From contig CBDBZU010000004.1 of assembly GCA_965213625.1 (NCBI GenBank), positions 2,688,001-2,752,000 of the forward strand: 64,000 nucleotides of DNA. The letters run 5' to 3'. Below the pieces are notes generated by a model. It was not told the DNA's origin. It did no database searches and was given only the letters and a program-made list of their open reading frames with translations. Below are positions 47,694 to 57,654 of this stretch, one piece after another (positions within the stretch are counted from its first letter, which is position 1; each line of letters begins with the position of its first letter). A program made the translations under genes and the position numbers. This DNA is from a bacterium. Its GTDB lineage: Bacteria > UBA8248.

Positions 47694-49658
47694 TTGATTG
47701 CCATTCAGTTCGGTCACTACAGCTTGCTGGCGTCGCTCGTCCTGGCGGTGTTCGGGATCGGAGCTTCGATCTTCGGCGCTCTAAAGCGCAGGGCCGACCT
47801 CATCGCCGCGGGCCGAAACGCCGCCGTCGGTGTTTTCTGGTTGGTGAGCGGCGCGAGCGCGTGTCTCATCTATCTGCTTATGGTGCGCGACTACCGCGTG
47901 GAATACGTGGCGGGACACGTCAACAACACGCTCAATGGTTTTTACCGATTCAGCGCGTTCTGGGGAGGGCAGGAGGGGAGCCTGCTGATGTGGCTCCTGC
48001 TCTTGTGCGTGTATGCGTTCGTCGTCATTCACCAAAACCGCGACAGAAACCTGGAGTTGATGCCATACGTCACGGCCACGCTCATGGCGACGGCGCTTTT
48101 CTTCCTGGTGATTCTCAATTTCGTTACCCCGCCCTTCGACACGCTCACCACGCCGCCCCCGGACGGACGCGGCCTGAACCCGCTCCTGCAGGACTGGGGG
48201 ATGGTGATCCACCCGCCCAACCTGTATCTGGGTTACGTGGGTTTCGCCGTACCTTTTGCCTTCTGCATCGGCGCTCTGGCGAGCGGCAAGCTCGATACCG
48301 ACTGGATTACCTCGACGCGCCGCTGGACGCTGTTCGCCTGGTTCTTCAACGGGGTCGGTATCCTGCTCGGCGGCGCTTGGGCCTACAAGGAACTGGGCTG
48401 GGGCGGATACTGGGCGTGGGACCCGGTGGAGAACGCGAGCCTCATGCCCTGGCTCGTGGGGACCGCCTTTCTTCATTCGGTGATGATTCAGGAAAAACGC
48501 GGGATGCTCAAGGTCTGGAACGTCTCGCTCATCATCATCACATATGCCCTCACGATTTTTGGCACTTTCCTGACGAGAAGCGGCATCATCTCGAGCGTGC
48601 ACGCTTTTGCGAACTCATCGTTCGGCTGGGCGTTTCTGGTCTATTTACTCATAGCGCTCGTCATATCCTTTGGCCTGATGATATGGCGTCTGCCCGAACT
48701 TCAGAGCGAACACGAGATGGAGAGCTTCTTCTCGCGCGAAGCGAGTTTTCTGCTCAACAACGTCGTACTCATGGGCATCACGTTCGCTGTCTTTTGGGGG
48801 ACGATTTTCCCGGTTGTTTCAGAAGCCGTGAAGGGCGTCAAGGTCACCGTGGGGCCGCCGTTCTTCAATCAGGTAAACGTGCCCATCGGGCTGTTGCTGA
48901 TTTTGCTTTGCGGCGCGGGGCCCCTTTTCGCATGGCGCCGGACCTCGCGAAAACAGATGAACAGGAGTTTCGTCTATCCATCGGTGGTGGCGGTGGGCGC
49001 CCTGGTCGTTTTGATGCTATTCGGCGTGCACCACGTCTACGCGGCGCTCGCGTTCGGTTTGAGCGCGTTCGTGGTGGGAACCATCGTTTCGGAGTATTGG
49101 CGGGGTATTTCCTCGCGCGTTCGTCACCAGGGGGAGCGCATTGTCCAGGCCGCGTGGGAACTCACCATGCGCAACAAGCGGCGTTTCGGTGGCTACATCG
49201 TCCATTTGGGAATGGCGATATTGTTCGTGGGCGTAGCGGCGTCCTCGGCCTATCAGGAAGTGGGTGAGGTGCGCCTGCGTCTGGGTGAGAGTTTTGCGCT
49301 CAACGGCGTGCGGATGCGCTATGAGGGGATTCGCAAGAACACGACGCCGCAATTCCGATCCGCCTTCGCGCGGCTGGGGGTCTATCGGGCGGGGTATCGC
49401 ATCGGGGAGGTGGAGCCGGAGAAGAGGCTCTATTTCACGCCCCCGCAGCCGACGACGGAGCCCGGCATCCGCCGGGGGGCGCGTTCGGACATTTACGCCG
49501 TCTTCGCCGAGGCCGACCCCGACGGCACGGCCACGTTCAAGTTCATGGTGAACCCGTTAGTGAACTGGGTTTGGGCGGGAGGCGTCGTCTTCACGCTCGG
49601 CTCCATCGTCTGCTTCCTGCCGGAGCGTTGGGGCAGGCGAAGAAAAAAACGGGCTTAA
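47694..49658 (+). CDS. ccmF: Cytochrome c heme lyase CcmF
   Basis: WGGQEGSL, GLNPLLQ, HPP, WGGYWAWDPVENASL, FLTRSG..SVHAF, HLG, NPLVNWVW. Confidence 0.96.
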   Translation: MIAIQFGHYSLLASLVLAVFGIGASIFGALKRRADLIAAGRNAAVGVFWLVSGASACLIYLLMVRDYRVEYVAGHVNNTLNGFYRFSAFWGGQEGSLLMWLLLLCVYAFVVIHQNRDRNLELMPYVTATLMATALFFLVILNFVTPPFDTLTTPPPDGRGLNPLLQDWGMVIHPPNLYLGYVGFAVPFAFCIGALASGKLDTDWITSTRRWTLFAWFFNGVGILLGGAWAYKELGWGGYWAWDPVENASLMPWLVGTAFLHSVMIQEKRGMLKVWNVSLIIITYALTIFGTFLTRSGIISSVHAFANSSFGWAFLVYLLIALVISFGLMIWRLPELQSEHEMESFFSREASFLLNNVVLMGITFAVFWGTIFPVVSEAVKGVKVTVGPPFFNQVNVPIGLLLILLCGAGPLFAWRRTSRKQMNRSFVYPSVVAVGALVVLMLFGVHHVYAALAFGLSAFVVGTIVSEYWRGISSRVRHQGERIVQAAWELTMRNKRRFGGYIVHLGMAILFVGVAASSAYQEVGEVRLRLGESFALNGVRMRYEGIRKNTTPQFRSAFARLGVYRAGYRIGEVEPEKRLYFTPPQPTTEPGIRRGARSDIYAVFAEADPDGTATFKFMVNPLVNWVWAGGVVFTLGSIVCFLPERWGRRRKKRA

Positions 49659-49661
49659 ACG

Positions 49662-50270
49662 GTGGAGATTCTGGGGACCGTCATCGCTTTGGGAGCCGTC
49701 GGCGCGGCGTTCATCTATACCATCTGGCCCATTATGCGTCCGCAGACGGCCGAAGGCGTCTTGCCGAACGAGGAAAACGCGCGGTCGCTTTCGAATCATG
49801 AAGTGACGCGGCTGCTGATGGAGCGTGAGCAGGCCTACAAGAACATCATGGATATCGAGTTCGACAAGGAGATGGGCAAGCTCTCCGATGAAGACTACAC
49901 CCAGATGATGACGCCGGCACGCGCCCGTGCTGTGGATGTGCTAAGACGCCTAGACGCCCGGGGGGTGAAAGAAGGCATGGCGCCCGTTCAGGTGAGCGAG
50001 CGAGAAGCGACTGAGGCGGCTGCCCGGCTCGAAACAAAACATCCGCCTCCCGAGAAAGTCAGGGCCGAGCAATCACCATCGCTCGATGAGCGCCTGGAAG
50101 CGGAAATCTTGCGTTACAGAAAAAATGTGGGCGAATCGCAAGATGAATTACAAGATTCGTCATCCAATGAGCAAGCGAAAAGTACGAAACCCCGGTTTTG
50201 CGCCTCGTGCGGAAACGCCGTGGATGAAGCGGACAATTTTTGCACCGCCTGTGGGCGCCAGCTAAGTTGA
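49662..50270 (+). CDS. CcmI-like membrane protein with C-terminal double zinc ribbon
   Basis: N-terminal TM, DIEFD..MGKLS..DY, C-terminal CASCG...FCTACG. Confidence 0.7.
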   Translation: MEILGTVIALGAVGAAFIYTIWPIMRPQTAEGVLPNEENARSLSNHEVTRLLMEREQAYKNIMDIEFDKEMGKLSDEDYTQMMTPARARAVDVLRRLDARGVKEGMAPVQVSEREATEAAARLETKHPPPEKVRAEQSPSLDERLEAEILRYRKNVGESQDELQDSSSNEQAKSTKPRFCASCGNAVDEADNFCTACGRQLS

Positions 50271-51169
50271 AACGCTTCGGACCCGCTCGGTCATTTATCT
50301 TCCTGAGCTTATTCCTGGTTTGCTCCTCACCTGTTTTCTCCTACGCAGGTCCGGCGAAACTCCAGGCCGCGCCGCCTAAAGCGAAGGTTCAACCCTCCGG
50401 CCCCACGACGACGGACCTCTCCCGGCTGAAGCTCAAGCGCAACATCTTTACCATCCGGTTGGAGAAGGGTTTTTTCGAGTTTGTGGAGATGATGGATTTC
50501 GAGAACGAGGGGAGCGCCACAATCGTCTCGAAAGGCGGCGCTCCCACGCTGCGCTTCGTTTTGCCGAAGAGCAGCAACATCAGAAACCCCCGCGCGCGCT
50601 GGGGCGCAGCGCCCGCAGGGCTGGACCCCAAATTCCTGACCTCAATGGAGAATGAACTTCGAACGAGCGAACCCATTCCGCCGGGGCGGAAATTCATCGT
50701 CCTGCTCTATCGGCTCGAGGATGAATACGGCGGCATCAGAGTGGAGAAACCAATTCTCTACGACACGCCGAGTATCGCCGTCCTTCCCGAGAAAGACCGC
50801 GTACAGGGCCAGGCTATCGGACTTGCCGCTCAGCCCGCCGTCAAGTTTCAGGACAGGGAATACAATCGCTTCGTGGGTGCCGCCAGTGCGGGTACGGTGG
50901 TGCGCATCGACGTGCAGGCGCCCGATTCGATGGGCGGCTCGGGTGTTTTCTACACCGTAGGGGGCGTCGTGGTTCTCATGAGCCTGGGGCTGGGGTTTTA
51001 TATCCGCAAAAGAAGGAATACGGCCTATTCCGCCCAGGTGGAACGCGAGGAAGTATTGCGCGTCATCGCTTTACTGGACGATAAGCTCGCGGCGGGAGAA
51101 ATCTCTGCTGATGAGCACGCCCGCGAGCGCGCCTCGCGCTACGAGCGTCTGAAAAAACTCTCGGACTAG
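50267..51169 (+). CDS. Ccm-associated exported protein with C-terminal TM and CcmI-like tail
   Basis: Signal peptide, beta-rich domain, TM helix, IALLDD...GEIS..E tail; TTG start overlaps the previous stop. Confidence 0.65.
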   Translation: MKRFGPARSFIFLSLFLVCSSPVFSYAGPAKLQAAPPKAKVQPSGPTTTDLSRLKLKRNIFTIRLEKGFFEFVEMMDFENEGSATIVSKGGAPTLRFVLPKSSNIRNPRARWGAAPAGLDPKFLTSMENELRTSEPIPPGRKFIVLLYRLEDEYGGIRVEKPILYDTPSIAVLPEKDRVQGQAIGLAAQPAVKFQDREYNRFVGAASAGTVVRIDVQAPDSMGGSGVFYTVGGVVVLMSLGLGFYIRKRRNTAYSAQVEREEVLRVIALLDDKLAAGEISADEHARERASRYERLKKLSD

Positions 51170-51181
51170 AGGGCGGATGCC

Positions 51182-51886
51182 ATGCTGGAAACTCTTGGGG
51201 TATCCAGGCGGTATGGGTGGAGATGGGCGCTCAAGGATTTGTCTATCTCTGTATCTCCCGGTGAGACGCTCGCTCTACTTGGCAAGAATGGTTCGGGAAA
51301 GACCACGCTTCTCAAAACATTTGCCGGTCTATTGAGGCCCACCAAAGGATCTGTGAAGTTCGATGGCCAGCCGATCTCCCGTGAGACGAGGGGCAAAATC
51401 GGCCTGCTTTCGCACGAGCCCATGCTCTATACGGGACTGACGATACGCGAAAACCTCGTCTATTTCGCTAAGCTCTTTGGAATAGAAAGCGAAAATATAT
51501 CGGCTCGTGTGGATTTTCTGGCGGAGACACTCGACATCGGGGAGCGTCTAGATGAGCCCGTACGTGTCTTGAGTCAGGGTTTAAGGCAACGCGCAGCCCT
51601 TGCGCGCGCGCTTTTACACGATCCTGAAGTTGTGCTGCTCGATGAACCTTTCTCCGGCCTCGACCCCGATGCCGCCGGACGCCTGGAGAGCGTCGTGCGC
51701 GCGCTTTGCGAGCACAATAATCGGATTGTGGTTTTCACGACGCACGACCTGTCAAAAGCCTTCGGTTTGGCGGGCAGAATCGCCGTTTTGGCCGGCGGCG
51801 GCCTTGCCTATGAGGGAAGTGTTGAAAATTCGAGAGAAGATGAGGTGTTGACCACGTTCGATAAGTCCTCGGAAAGTTCGGCATGA
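51182..51886 (+). CDS. ccmA: Heme export ABC ATPase CcmA
   Basis: GKNGSGKTT, LSQGLRQR, LLDEPFSGLD, TTHD. Confidence 0.92.
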   Translation: MLETLGVSRRYGWRWALKDLSISVSPGETLALLGKNGSGKTTLLKTFAGLLRPTKGSVKFDGQPISRETRGKIGLLSHEPMLYTGLTIRENLVYFAKLFGIESENISARVDFLAETLDIGERLDEPVRVLSQGLRQRAALARALLHDPEVVLLDEPFSGLDPDAAGRLESVVRALCEHNNRIVVFTTHDLSKAFGLAGRIAVLAGGGLAYEGSVENSREDEVLTTFDKSSESSA

Positions 51887-52572
51887 GGCATTTTTTCTCG
51901 GTCCTGATTGCTGTCGTCGAAAAGGATTTGCGCCTCGAATGGCGGACGAAGGAAAGCCTGCTCGTCATGGTGGTTTTCGCGCTTCTGGTGCTCACGCTGT
52001 TCAGCTTCGCCTTTGGCCCGGGGGGCGGCAGCGGGGAGAACGCCCGCGCCGTGCAGGCGGGAATCCTGTGGATATCGTTTCTGTTCGCCTGCGTCATCGG
52101 GCTGTCTCGAACCATGGGCGTAGAGCGTGAAAGCGCGGGTTTTTCGGCCATGTACGCGAGTCCGGCGGACCCCTCAGCGCTGTATCTGGGCAAAGTAGTC
52201 TCCGTGGCCGTTTTGATGGGGATCATGGAGTTGGTGGGCTTCGCCGTTTTGGCCGTTCTCTATCAAGTGGATGTGTGGAAGTCGGCCAGTGCGCTAGCTC
52301 TGATAGCCGCTTCCGCCACTGTTGGAATCGCGGCTGCCGGCACCTTGTTCTCAGCCATGAGCGCTCGCACACGAACGCGCGAGGTATTGCTGCCCGTCTT
52401 GATGTTTCCCGTTCTCGTGCCCGTTCTAATTGCCGCCGTAAAGGCAAGTGAGGCCCATCTCGGCGGTGGCGGATGGCCGGATTCCAGGGATTGGATTCGC
52501 TTGATGTTGGTGTATGATGTAGTATTCTTGGTGGCCGCCTCTATGATTTTTGAATATATTCTAGAAGAATAA
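51883..52572 (+). CDS. ccmB: Heme export permease CcmB
   Basis: KDLRLEWR, GILW, ERE.G, GK, REVLLPVL.FP. Confidence 0.92.
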   Translation: MRHFFSVLIAVVEKDLRLEWRTKESLLVMVVFALLVLTLFSFAFGPGGGSGENARAVQAGILWISFLFACVIGLSRTMGVERESAGFSAMYASPADPSALYLGKVVSVAVLMGIMELVGFAVLAVLYQVDVWKSASALALIAASATVGIAAAGTLFSAMSARTRTREVLLPVLMFPVLVPVLIAAVKASEAHLGGGGWPDSRDWIRLMLVYDVVFLVAASMIFEYILEE

Positions 52573-52585
52573 TATCAATGAGTTA
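52573..52585 (+). promoter_or_regulatory. Match to IHF consensus in AT-rich ccmB-ccmC spacer
   Basis: TATCAA-TGAG-TTA fits WATCAANNNNTTR; a short motif that could be chance. Confidence 0.3.
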
Positions 52586-52648
52586 TGCTTCTTTATTTAT
52601 TAAAGAACTTTATGCTCCGCCGCTCCTCCGCATCGCCGGGAGGAGGGA

Positions 52649-53347
52649 TTGATGGGTCGAAACGAGCGGGGCGCATTTAAATGGTTGCCGGTTCTCACCC
52701 TGGTCATTCTTGCTTTCGCTATTTTTGCGAATTTATTCATCGCCGGCACCGACAGACTCCAGGGAGTGCCGCAGCGGATTTTCTACATCCACGTGCCATC
52801 GGCCTGGGTGGCGTATTTCGCCTTTTTTCTGGTGTTCATTTTTTCGATTAAATATCTAGCGAAAAGAAATCCGGACGATGACATCAGAGCGTACGCCTGC
52901 GCGGAGGCGGGAGTCGTCTTCTGTACGCTGGTTCTCATCACTGGGCCCATCTGGGCGCGTCCGGTATGGGGCGTTTGGTGGACGTGGGACGCGCGTCTCA
53001 CCACAACGCTTATCCTGTGGATGATATATGTGGGCTATCTGATGCTGCGCGCTTACATGACGGAACCCGAGCAAAGGGCGCGCTTCGCCGCCGTAATGGG
53101 GATTGTTGGCTTCCTGAACGTACCCATCGTGCATATGTCTGTGGAATGGTGGCGCACGCTGCATCCCAAACCGGTGGTGATGCGCTCGGGCGGATTAAAG
53201 GAATTGCCCGACTCCATGCACGTCGCTCTGTGGAGCTCCCTGTTGGCCTTTACACTCCTGTTCGTTTGTTTTGTCAGGAAGCGCGCGCAAATCGAGCGTT
53301 TGAACGCGCGGGTAGAAGAGGCGCGCGCAGCGCGAGAGGGGACATGA
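52649..53347 (+). CDS. ccmC: Heme transfer protein CcmC
   Basis: RIFYIHVP.AW, TGPIWARPVWGVWWTWDARLT, SVEWWRTLHP. Confidence 0.96.
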   Translation: MMGRNERGAFKWLPVLTLVILAFAIFANLFIAGTDRLQGVPQRIFYIHVPSAWVAYFAFFLVFIFSIKYLAKRNPDDDIRAYACAEAGVVFCTLVLITGPIWARPVWGVWWTWDARLTTTLILWMIYVGYLMLRAYMTEPEQRARFAAVMGIVGFLNVPIVHMSVEWWRTLHPKPVVMRSGGLKELPDSMHVALWSSLLAFTLLFVCFVRKRAQIERLNARVEEARAAREGT

Positions 53348-53478
53348 TGGGCTACGTGACGGCGGCGTACATTGTCGTTTTGGGGGGATTTTCGCTTTAT
53401 TGGTGGACTCTCAAGGCGCGGATGGATATTTTGATCGAGGAGGAGAAAAAACTTAACCAAAGGGAAGATTCTCCATGA
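53344..53478 (+). CDS. ccmD: Small CcmD-like membrane protein
   Basis: MMGYVTAAYIVVLGGFSLYWW plus charged tail; overlaps the ccmC stop and ccmH start. Confidence 0.75.
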   Translation: MMGYVTAAYIVVLGGFSLYWWTLKARMDILIEEEKKLNQREDSP

Positions 53479-53963
53479 TGCGTTTTTTGCTCGTCTTAGG
53501 CCTCGTGATCGCGTTGTACCCATATCCAGCTGCGGAGGCCGCCTCGCCGGGAGCCAAGACTACATTCTCCGAGGTGGCGGGCGCTCTCATGAGTCCCGTC
53601 TGCCCCGGGAAACTTTTGCATGACTGCCCGAGCAGCGAGGGCTCACAACTCCGAGAACTCGTACGCCGAAAGATTTTCGCCGGTGAGTCGAAAGAGCAGA
53701 TCGTCCGGTATTTTGTCGAAGTATACGGCCGAGACGTTTTACCCAAACCCCCGGCAGAGGGTTTTTATCTCACCGCCTGGCTTCTTCCATTCGGGGGGTT
53801 GCTGGCAGGCTTCGGCGTTGTCTTCGTCCTGGTGAGGTCATGGACGAGACGCCCCGAAGACGACGAACAAGGCGAGGAGAAAGCAGAAATTTCGCCGAAA
53901 GCCGCCTCGGATGACCCTCTTGAAAATCGCCTGCAGCGCGAACTTGGTGATTTCGAGGGCTAA
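53475..53963 (+). CDS. ccmH: CcmH-family thiol-redox protein (SPVC...DCPS variant)
   Basis: LMSPVCPG..L.DCPS, GESKEQI..YFV..YG..VL..PP, WLLP. Confidence 0.85.
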   Translation: MMRFLLVLGLVIALYPYPAAEAASPGAKTTFSEVAGALMSPVCPGKLLHDCPSSEGSQLRELVRRKIFAGESKEQIVRYFVEVYGRDVLPKPPAEGFYLTAWLLPFGGLLAGFGVVFVLVRSWTRRPEDDEQGEEKAEISPKAASDDPLENRLQRELGDFEG

Positions 53964-53994
53964 GCCGCCACACTCCGCATGCCGGGAGTTTTCG

Positions 53995-54678
53995 ATGAAG
54001 TATGATCCCAAAGGTGAACTCGCCAGAAACCTCGATGGGTTCTCCCCACACAGACGGAGCATCAAGTGGCGCCTGATCGGGATGGTGATTAGCCTCGTCC
54101 TTGTAGTCTGGATGATTGTGTATTTCGGAAGTCAAGGTGAGCGTCCTGCGCAGGAGGTGGAGACAAAGCAGGCGCAGATAACACCAAAGGGAGGCGAAGG
54201 GGATGACGCCGCCCTGTTCCGCGACATGATTTTCCTTAAACAGGTCAAACGCACCGATGTCCCGGATGTGATGCTTAAAACCCTGGACGGGCAGAACCAT
54301 TCCATCACGCAATACGCGGGCAAGCTCGTTCTGGTGAACTTCTGGGCGACGTGGTGCCAGCCGTGCATTCGGGAAATGCCCTCGATGGAGCGGCTTTATG
54401 CCAAATACAAGCCGCAAGGCCTCGAGATCGTAGCGATATCTCTGGATCAGGGCAACGAGCAGGAAGTGCGCGATTTTGTCGCGAAGCTGCAGCTGACTTT
54501 CCCCATCGTCCTCGACCCCGAGCATAAAGCGAAGGCGACCTACAAGGTGCGGGGCTTACCGACGACTTATCTCGTGGACAGAGAAGGTCAGGTTGCGGGT
54601 TATGGCGTAGGGCCTCGTGAATGGGACAGCGAAGCTGCTTTCGCTTTGGTGGGACACCTGCTTGATGAGAAAAGCTGA
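53995..54678 (+). CDS. TlpA/ResA-family thiol-disulfide reductase
   Basis: TM anchor, NFWATWCQPC..EMP, GLPTTY.VD. Confidence 0.92.
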   Translation: MKYDPKGELARNLDGFSPHRRSIKWRLIGMVISLVLVVWMIVYFGSQGERPAQEVETKQAQITPKGGEGDDAALFRDMIFLKQVKRTDVPDVMLKTLDGQNHSITQYAGKLVLVNFWATWCQPCIREMPSMERLYAKYKPQGLEIVAISLDQGNEQEVRDFVAKLQLTFPIVLDPEHKAKATYKVRGLPTTYLVDREGQVAGYGVGPREWDSEAAFALVGHLLDEKS

Positions 54679-54682
54679 AGGC

Positions 54683-55270
54683 ATGGAGGCGTCTAAAAGC
54701 CCAAACCCCGATCAGCGAAAAGCGAAGCGGCTGGCGCTTTCGTTCATCCTGGCCCCGGTTCTGCTGACGCTGCTCTGGGCGGTGGGCGAACGCCTGACGA
54801 CGGAGCGTGTCGAAGAGGCGCCGGTGGCCAACCTGGAATTGGGTAATCAGGCCCCGCTTTTCGAATATCCGGTTCTGGGCGGGGGTAGCGCATCTTTGGC
54901 GAGTCAGAAGAACAAGGTTGTGCTCATCAATGTGTGGGCAACGTGGTGCGTCCCGTGTCTGGATGAGATGCCGGACCTACAGCGCCTTTACACTCGGATG
55001 AAAAAAGACGGCGCGCCCTTCGAGATACTGGCGGTGAGTATCGACGCTCTGGGCGCGGATGCGGTTCAAAAATTTGTCGATCGCTTCGGCCTCACGTTCC
55101 CGATTCTTCTGGACCCTCGCGGGGACATCAAGAAACTCTACCGCACGACCGGCGTGCCGGAGACGTTCATCGTGGACCGCCAGGGCCGTCTTCAGCAGAA
55201 GATCATCGGTATCCGCAAATGGGATGCGCCCGCGGTCGTCAATTACCTCAAACAAATGGCCCGGTCCTGA
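54683..55270 (+). CDS. Second TlpA/ResA-family thiol-disulfide reductase
   Basis: TM anchor, NVWATWCVPC..EMP, GVPETF.VD. Confidence 0.92.
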   Translation: MEASKSPNPDQRKAKRLALSFILAPVLLTLLWAVGERLTTERVEEAPVANLELGNQAPLFEYPVLGGGSASLASQKNKVVLINVWATWCVPCLDEMPDLQRLYTRMKKDGAPFEILAVSIDALGADAVQKFVDRFGLTFPILLDPRGDIKKLYRTTGVPETFIVDRQGRLQQKIIGIRKWDAPAVVNYLKQMARS

Positions 55271-55286
55271 GCAACCTCAAAAATAA

Positions 55287-56390
55287 CTAAATTTCAAAAC
55301 CGAGTTCCAGTTCCTCGTTCAGCTTTTGCATCTGCTCCAGTACGGCCGGGGTGATGGGCACGCCGATGCGCCTGTTCTCCTCCTCGGCGATCGCCTCGGG
55401 CTCGCCGTGTATGTAGATGCGATCGTGACCCGGCGCCTTTTTCGACCCCCGGATGGTTTCGAAGAGTTTCGTCATATCCCCGAATATGGCGGATAAGTCC
55501 CTGAAGCCGGATGTCTGGATTGCGCCCATGAAGTGGCCCGTGGCGGATTTCGCCGTGCCTGCCGCGCCCGCCAGGCGGCTTTCCAGACCCGCGCCCGAGA
55601 GCACGCCGCATAGAATATCCACCATCAACTGGAGACCATAGCCCTTGTGGCCCCCGTTCTCGTCTCCTTCGCCGCCCAGAGGCGCAAGCGGCACCTCGTA
55701 GTTCAGGATGCTCTTCTCGTTCAAGGTCGGTGTTCCCAGCGAGGAGAGCACCCAGCCTTTAGGGACTTCGCGCCCTTCGCGCAGGGCCGTCTCGATTTTG
55801 CCGACGGCCGTCACGGCGGTTGCCATGTCGAGATGAAAATCGGTTCCTCCCGGCCCGCCGGGTATCGCCACGCTCATCGGGTTGGTGCCGAAGATCGCCT
55901 CCGCCCCGAAGGTGGGCGCGGTGCGGCGTCCGCCGTTCGTCATGCTGATGCCGATGTAGCCCGCTTCCATCGCCTTTTTCGCCCAATAACCCGCGTAGCC
56001 GAAGTGGCTGCTGTTGCGGACGGTCACGAAGCCGGAACCATGCTTTTCCGCCATGGCGAGGGCTTCATCCATCGCGCGGTTCGAGGCGACGATGCCGATG
56101 GCGTCGTCCGCGTCGAGAAGGCCGGTGGTGTCGCTCCCCTTGTGGTATTTCATGTCGGGCCTGCTGTTGAGCACGCCGTTTTCGAGGCGAACCATGAAGA
56201 AGGTCAGCCGCGCCGCCCCGTGGCTGCGGATGCCTCTCAAATCGGCGCTGACCAATACTTTCGCCACGAGGCGGGCGTCATCTTCGGGCACGTCTTTGTT
56301 GCGGAATATGGTGTAGACGAACTCTTCGATGACTTCGGCGGGAAACCGCACCGTGCCTTCGGGCAGTGGACCGGACTCGACCATGAACAT
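55287..56390 (-). CDS. Ldh_2-family oxidoreductase
   Basis: ADLRGIRSHG, SSHFG, GTNP, DMAT, GHKGYGL, YIHGE. Confidence 0.92.
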   Translation of the reverse strand: MFMVESGPLPEGTVRFPAEVIEEFVYTIFRNKDVPEDDARLVAKVLVSADLRGIRSHGAARLTFFMVRLENGVLNSRPDMKYHKGSDTTGLLDADDAIGIVASNRAMDEALAMAEKHGSGFVTVRNSSHFGYAGYWAKKAMEAGYIGISMTNGGRRTAPTFGAEAIFGTNPMSVAIPGGPGGTDFHLDMATAVTAVGKIETALREGREVPKGWVLSSLGTPTLNEKSILNYEVPLAPLGGEGDENGGHKGYGLQLMVDILCGVLSGAGLESRLAGAAGTAKSATGHFMGAIQTSGFRDLSAIFGDMTKLFETIRGSKKAPGHDRIYIHGEPEAIAEEENRRIGVPITPAVLEQMQKLNEELELGFEI

Positions 56391-56560
56391 CTCCTTGGAA
56401 AAATGTTGATTCTTGGTGCTGAATTGAAAGTTGCGCCATATTAGCCTGTCTTGGCGTTTTTCGGGAAGTCTCACAGGAGTGCGCTGCGCCTTGCGGGTGG
56501 CGCTCGCCTTTTGTCAAAATACGCTTCTTTCCGGGATTTACGCTTTGGAACAGGGGAGAG

Positions 56561-57616
56561 ATGAAAGTGGCTCGCATTGCGGTGGTGCGTGGAGACGGAA
56601 TTGCGAACGAAGTGATGCCCGAAGCTGAGGAGACGCTCAAGGCGGCGGCGGAGGCGGCCTCGTTTCCGGTGGTGTTCGAATACTTCGACTGGGGAAGCGA
56701 TCGGTATCTGGAACAGGGCAGGGGAATGCCCGAGGATGGATGCGATACGCTTCGGGCGGATTTCGACGCCGTGTTTCAAGGCGCCATCGGCGATCCGAGG
56801 GTTCCCGGTTCGATCGTGCAGGAAGAAGTGATTCTAGGGGTCCGTTTCGGGCTGGATTTATACGCCAACATACGCCCCTGCAGGCTCTACCATGAGGATT
56901 TGACGCCGCTCAAGAATAAAGGGGCGGGGGATATCGACCACGTCGTCGTGCGTGAGAACACCGAGGGCCTGTTCGTGAACGTGGGTGGTTTTTTCAAGCA
57001 GGGCACGAAAGACGAGGTCGCCCTGCAGGAAGAAGTGCACACATACAAGGGGGTGGAACGCGTCATCCGGGCGTCGTTCGACTTCGCGAGGCGTCATAAG
57101 CGCAGAAAAGTCACTATGGCGGACAAGGCGAGCGGGCTTCGCTACGCAGGCGGAATTTGGCGGCGCGTGTTCGAGGAGGTGCGGGCGGATTTCGAAGATA
57201 TCGAGTCCGAGGCCAAACACATCGACGCGGTAGCGATGGAGGTGATCCAGCATCCTGGAGAATTCGACGTCATCGTCACCAACAACATGTTCGGCGATAT
57301 TCTGAGCGACGTTACTTCGGGCCTCGTGGGCGGGCTGGGCCTTGCGCCTTCTGCGAACGTGAATCTCGAGGGGGTTTCGATGTTCGAACCGGTGCACGGT
57401 ACGGCTCCCGATATATACGGGCGCGGCATCGCCAACCCGATGGCGGCCATTTTGACGGGCGCTTTGCTGCTGGATCACCTCGGTTGTGGGGAGGGTGGGG
57501 CCGCCATTCGGCGCGCCGTGGAAGAGGCCATTGCGAACGGGGAACGTACTGGGGATATCGGGGGGACGTTGACCACAAAAGAATGCGGCGATGCCGTAAG
57601 AAACCGATTAAAATAG
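56561..57616 (+). CDS. Isopropylmalate/tartrate dehydrogenase family (LeuB-like) decarboxylating dehydrogenase
   Basis: GDGIANEV, GAIGDP, VRENTEG, NMFGDILSD, GGLG..PSAN, FEPVHGTAPDI.G..ANP. Confidence 0.92.
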   Translation: MKVARIAVVRGDGIANEVMPEAEETLKAAAEAASFPVVFEYFDWGSDRYLEQGRGMPEDGCDTLRADFDAVFQGAIGDPRVPGSIVQEEVILGVRFGLDLYANIRPCRLYHEDLTPLKNKGAGDIDHVVVRENTEGLFVNVGGFFKQGTKDEVALQEEVHTYKGVERVIRASFDFARRHKRRKVTMADKASGLRYAGGIWRRVFEEVRADFEDIESEAKHIDAVAMEVIQHPGEFDVIVTNNMFGDILSDVTSGLVGGLGLAPSANVNLEGVSMFEPVHGTAPDIYGRGIANPMAAILTGALLLDHLGCGEGGAAIRRAVEEAIANGERTGDIGGTLTTKECGDAVRNRLK

Positions 57617-57654
57617 AACAAGTTACTGGGAGTTATTAAAGTAAATTACAGGAG

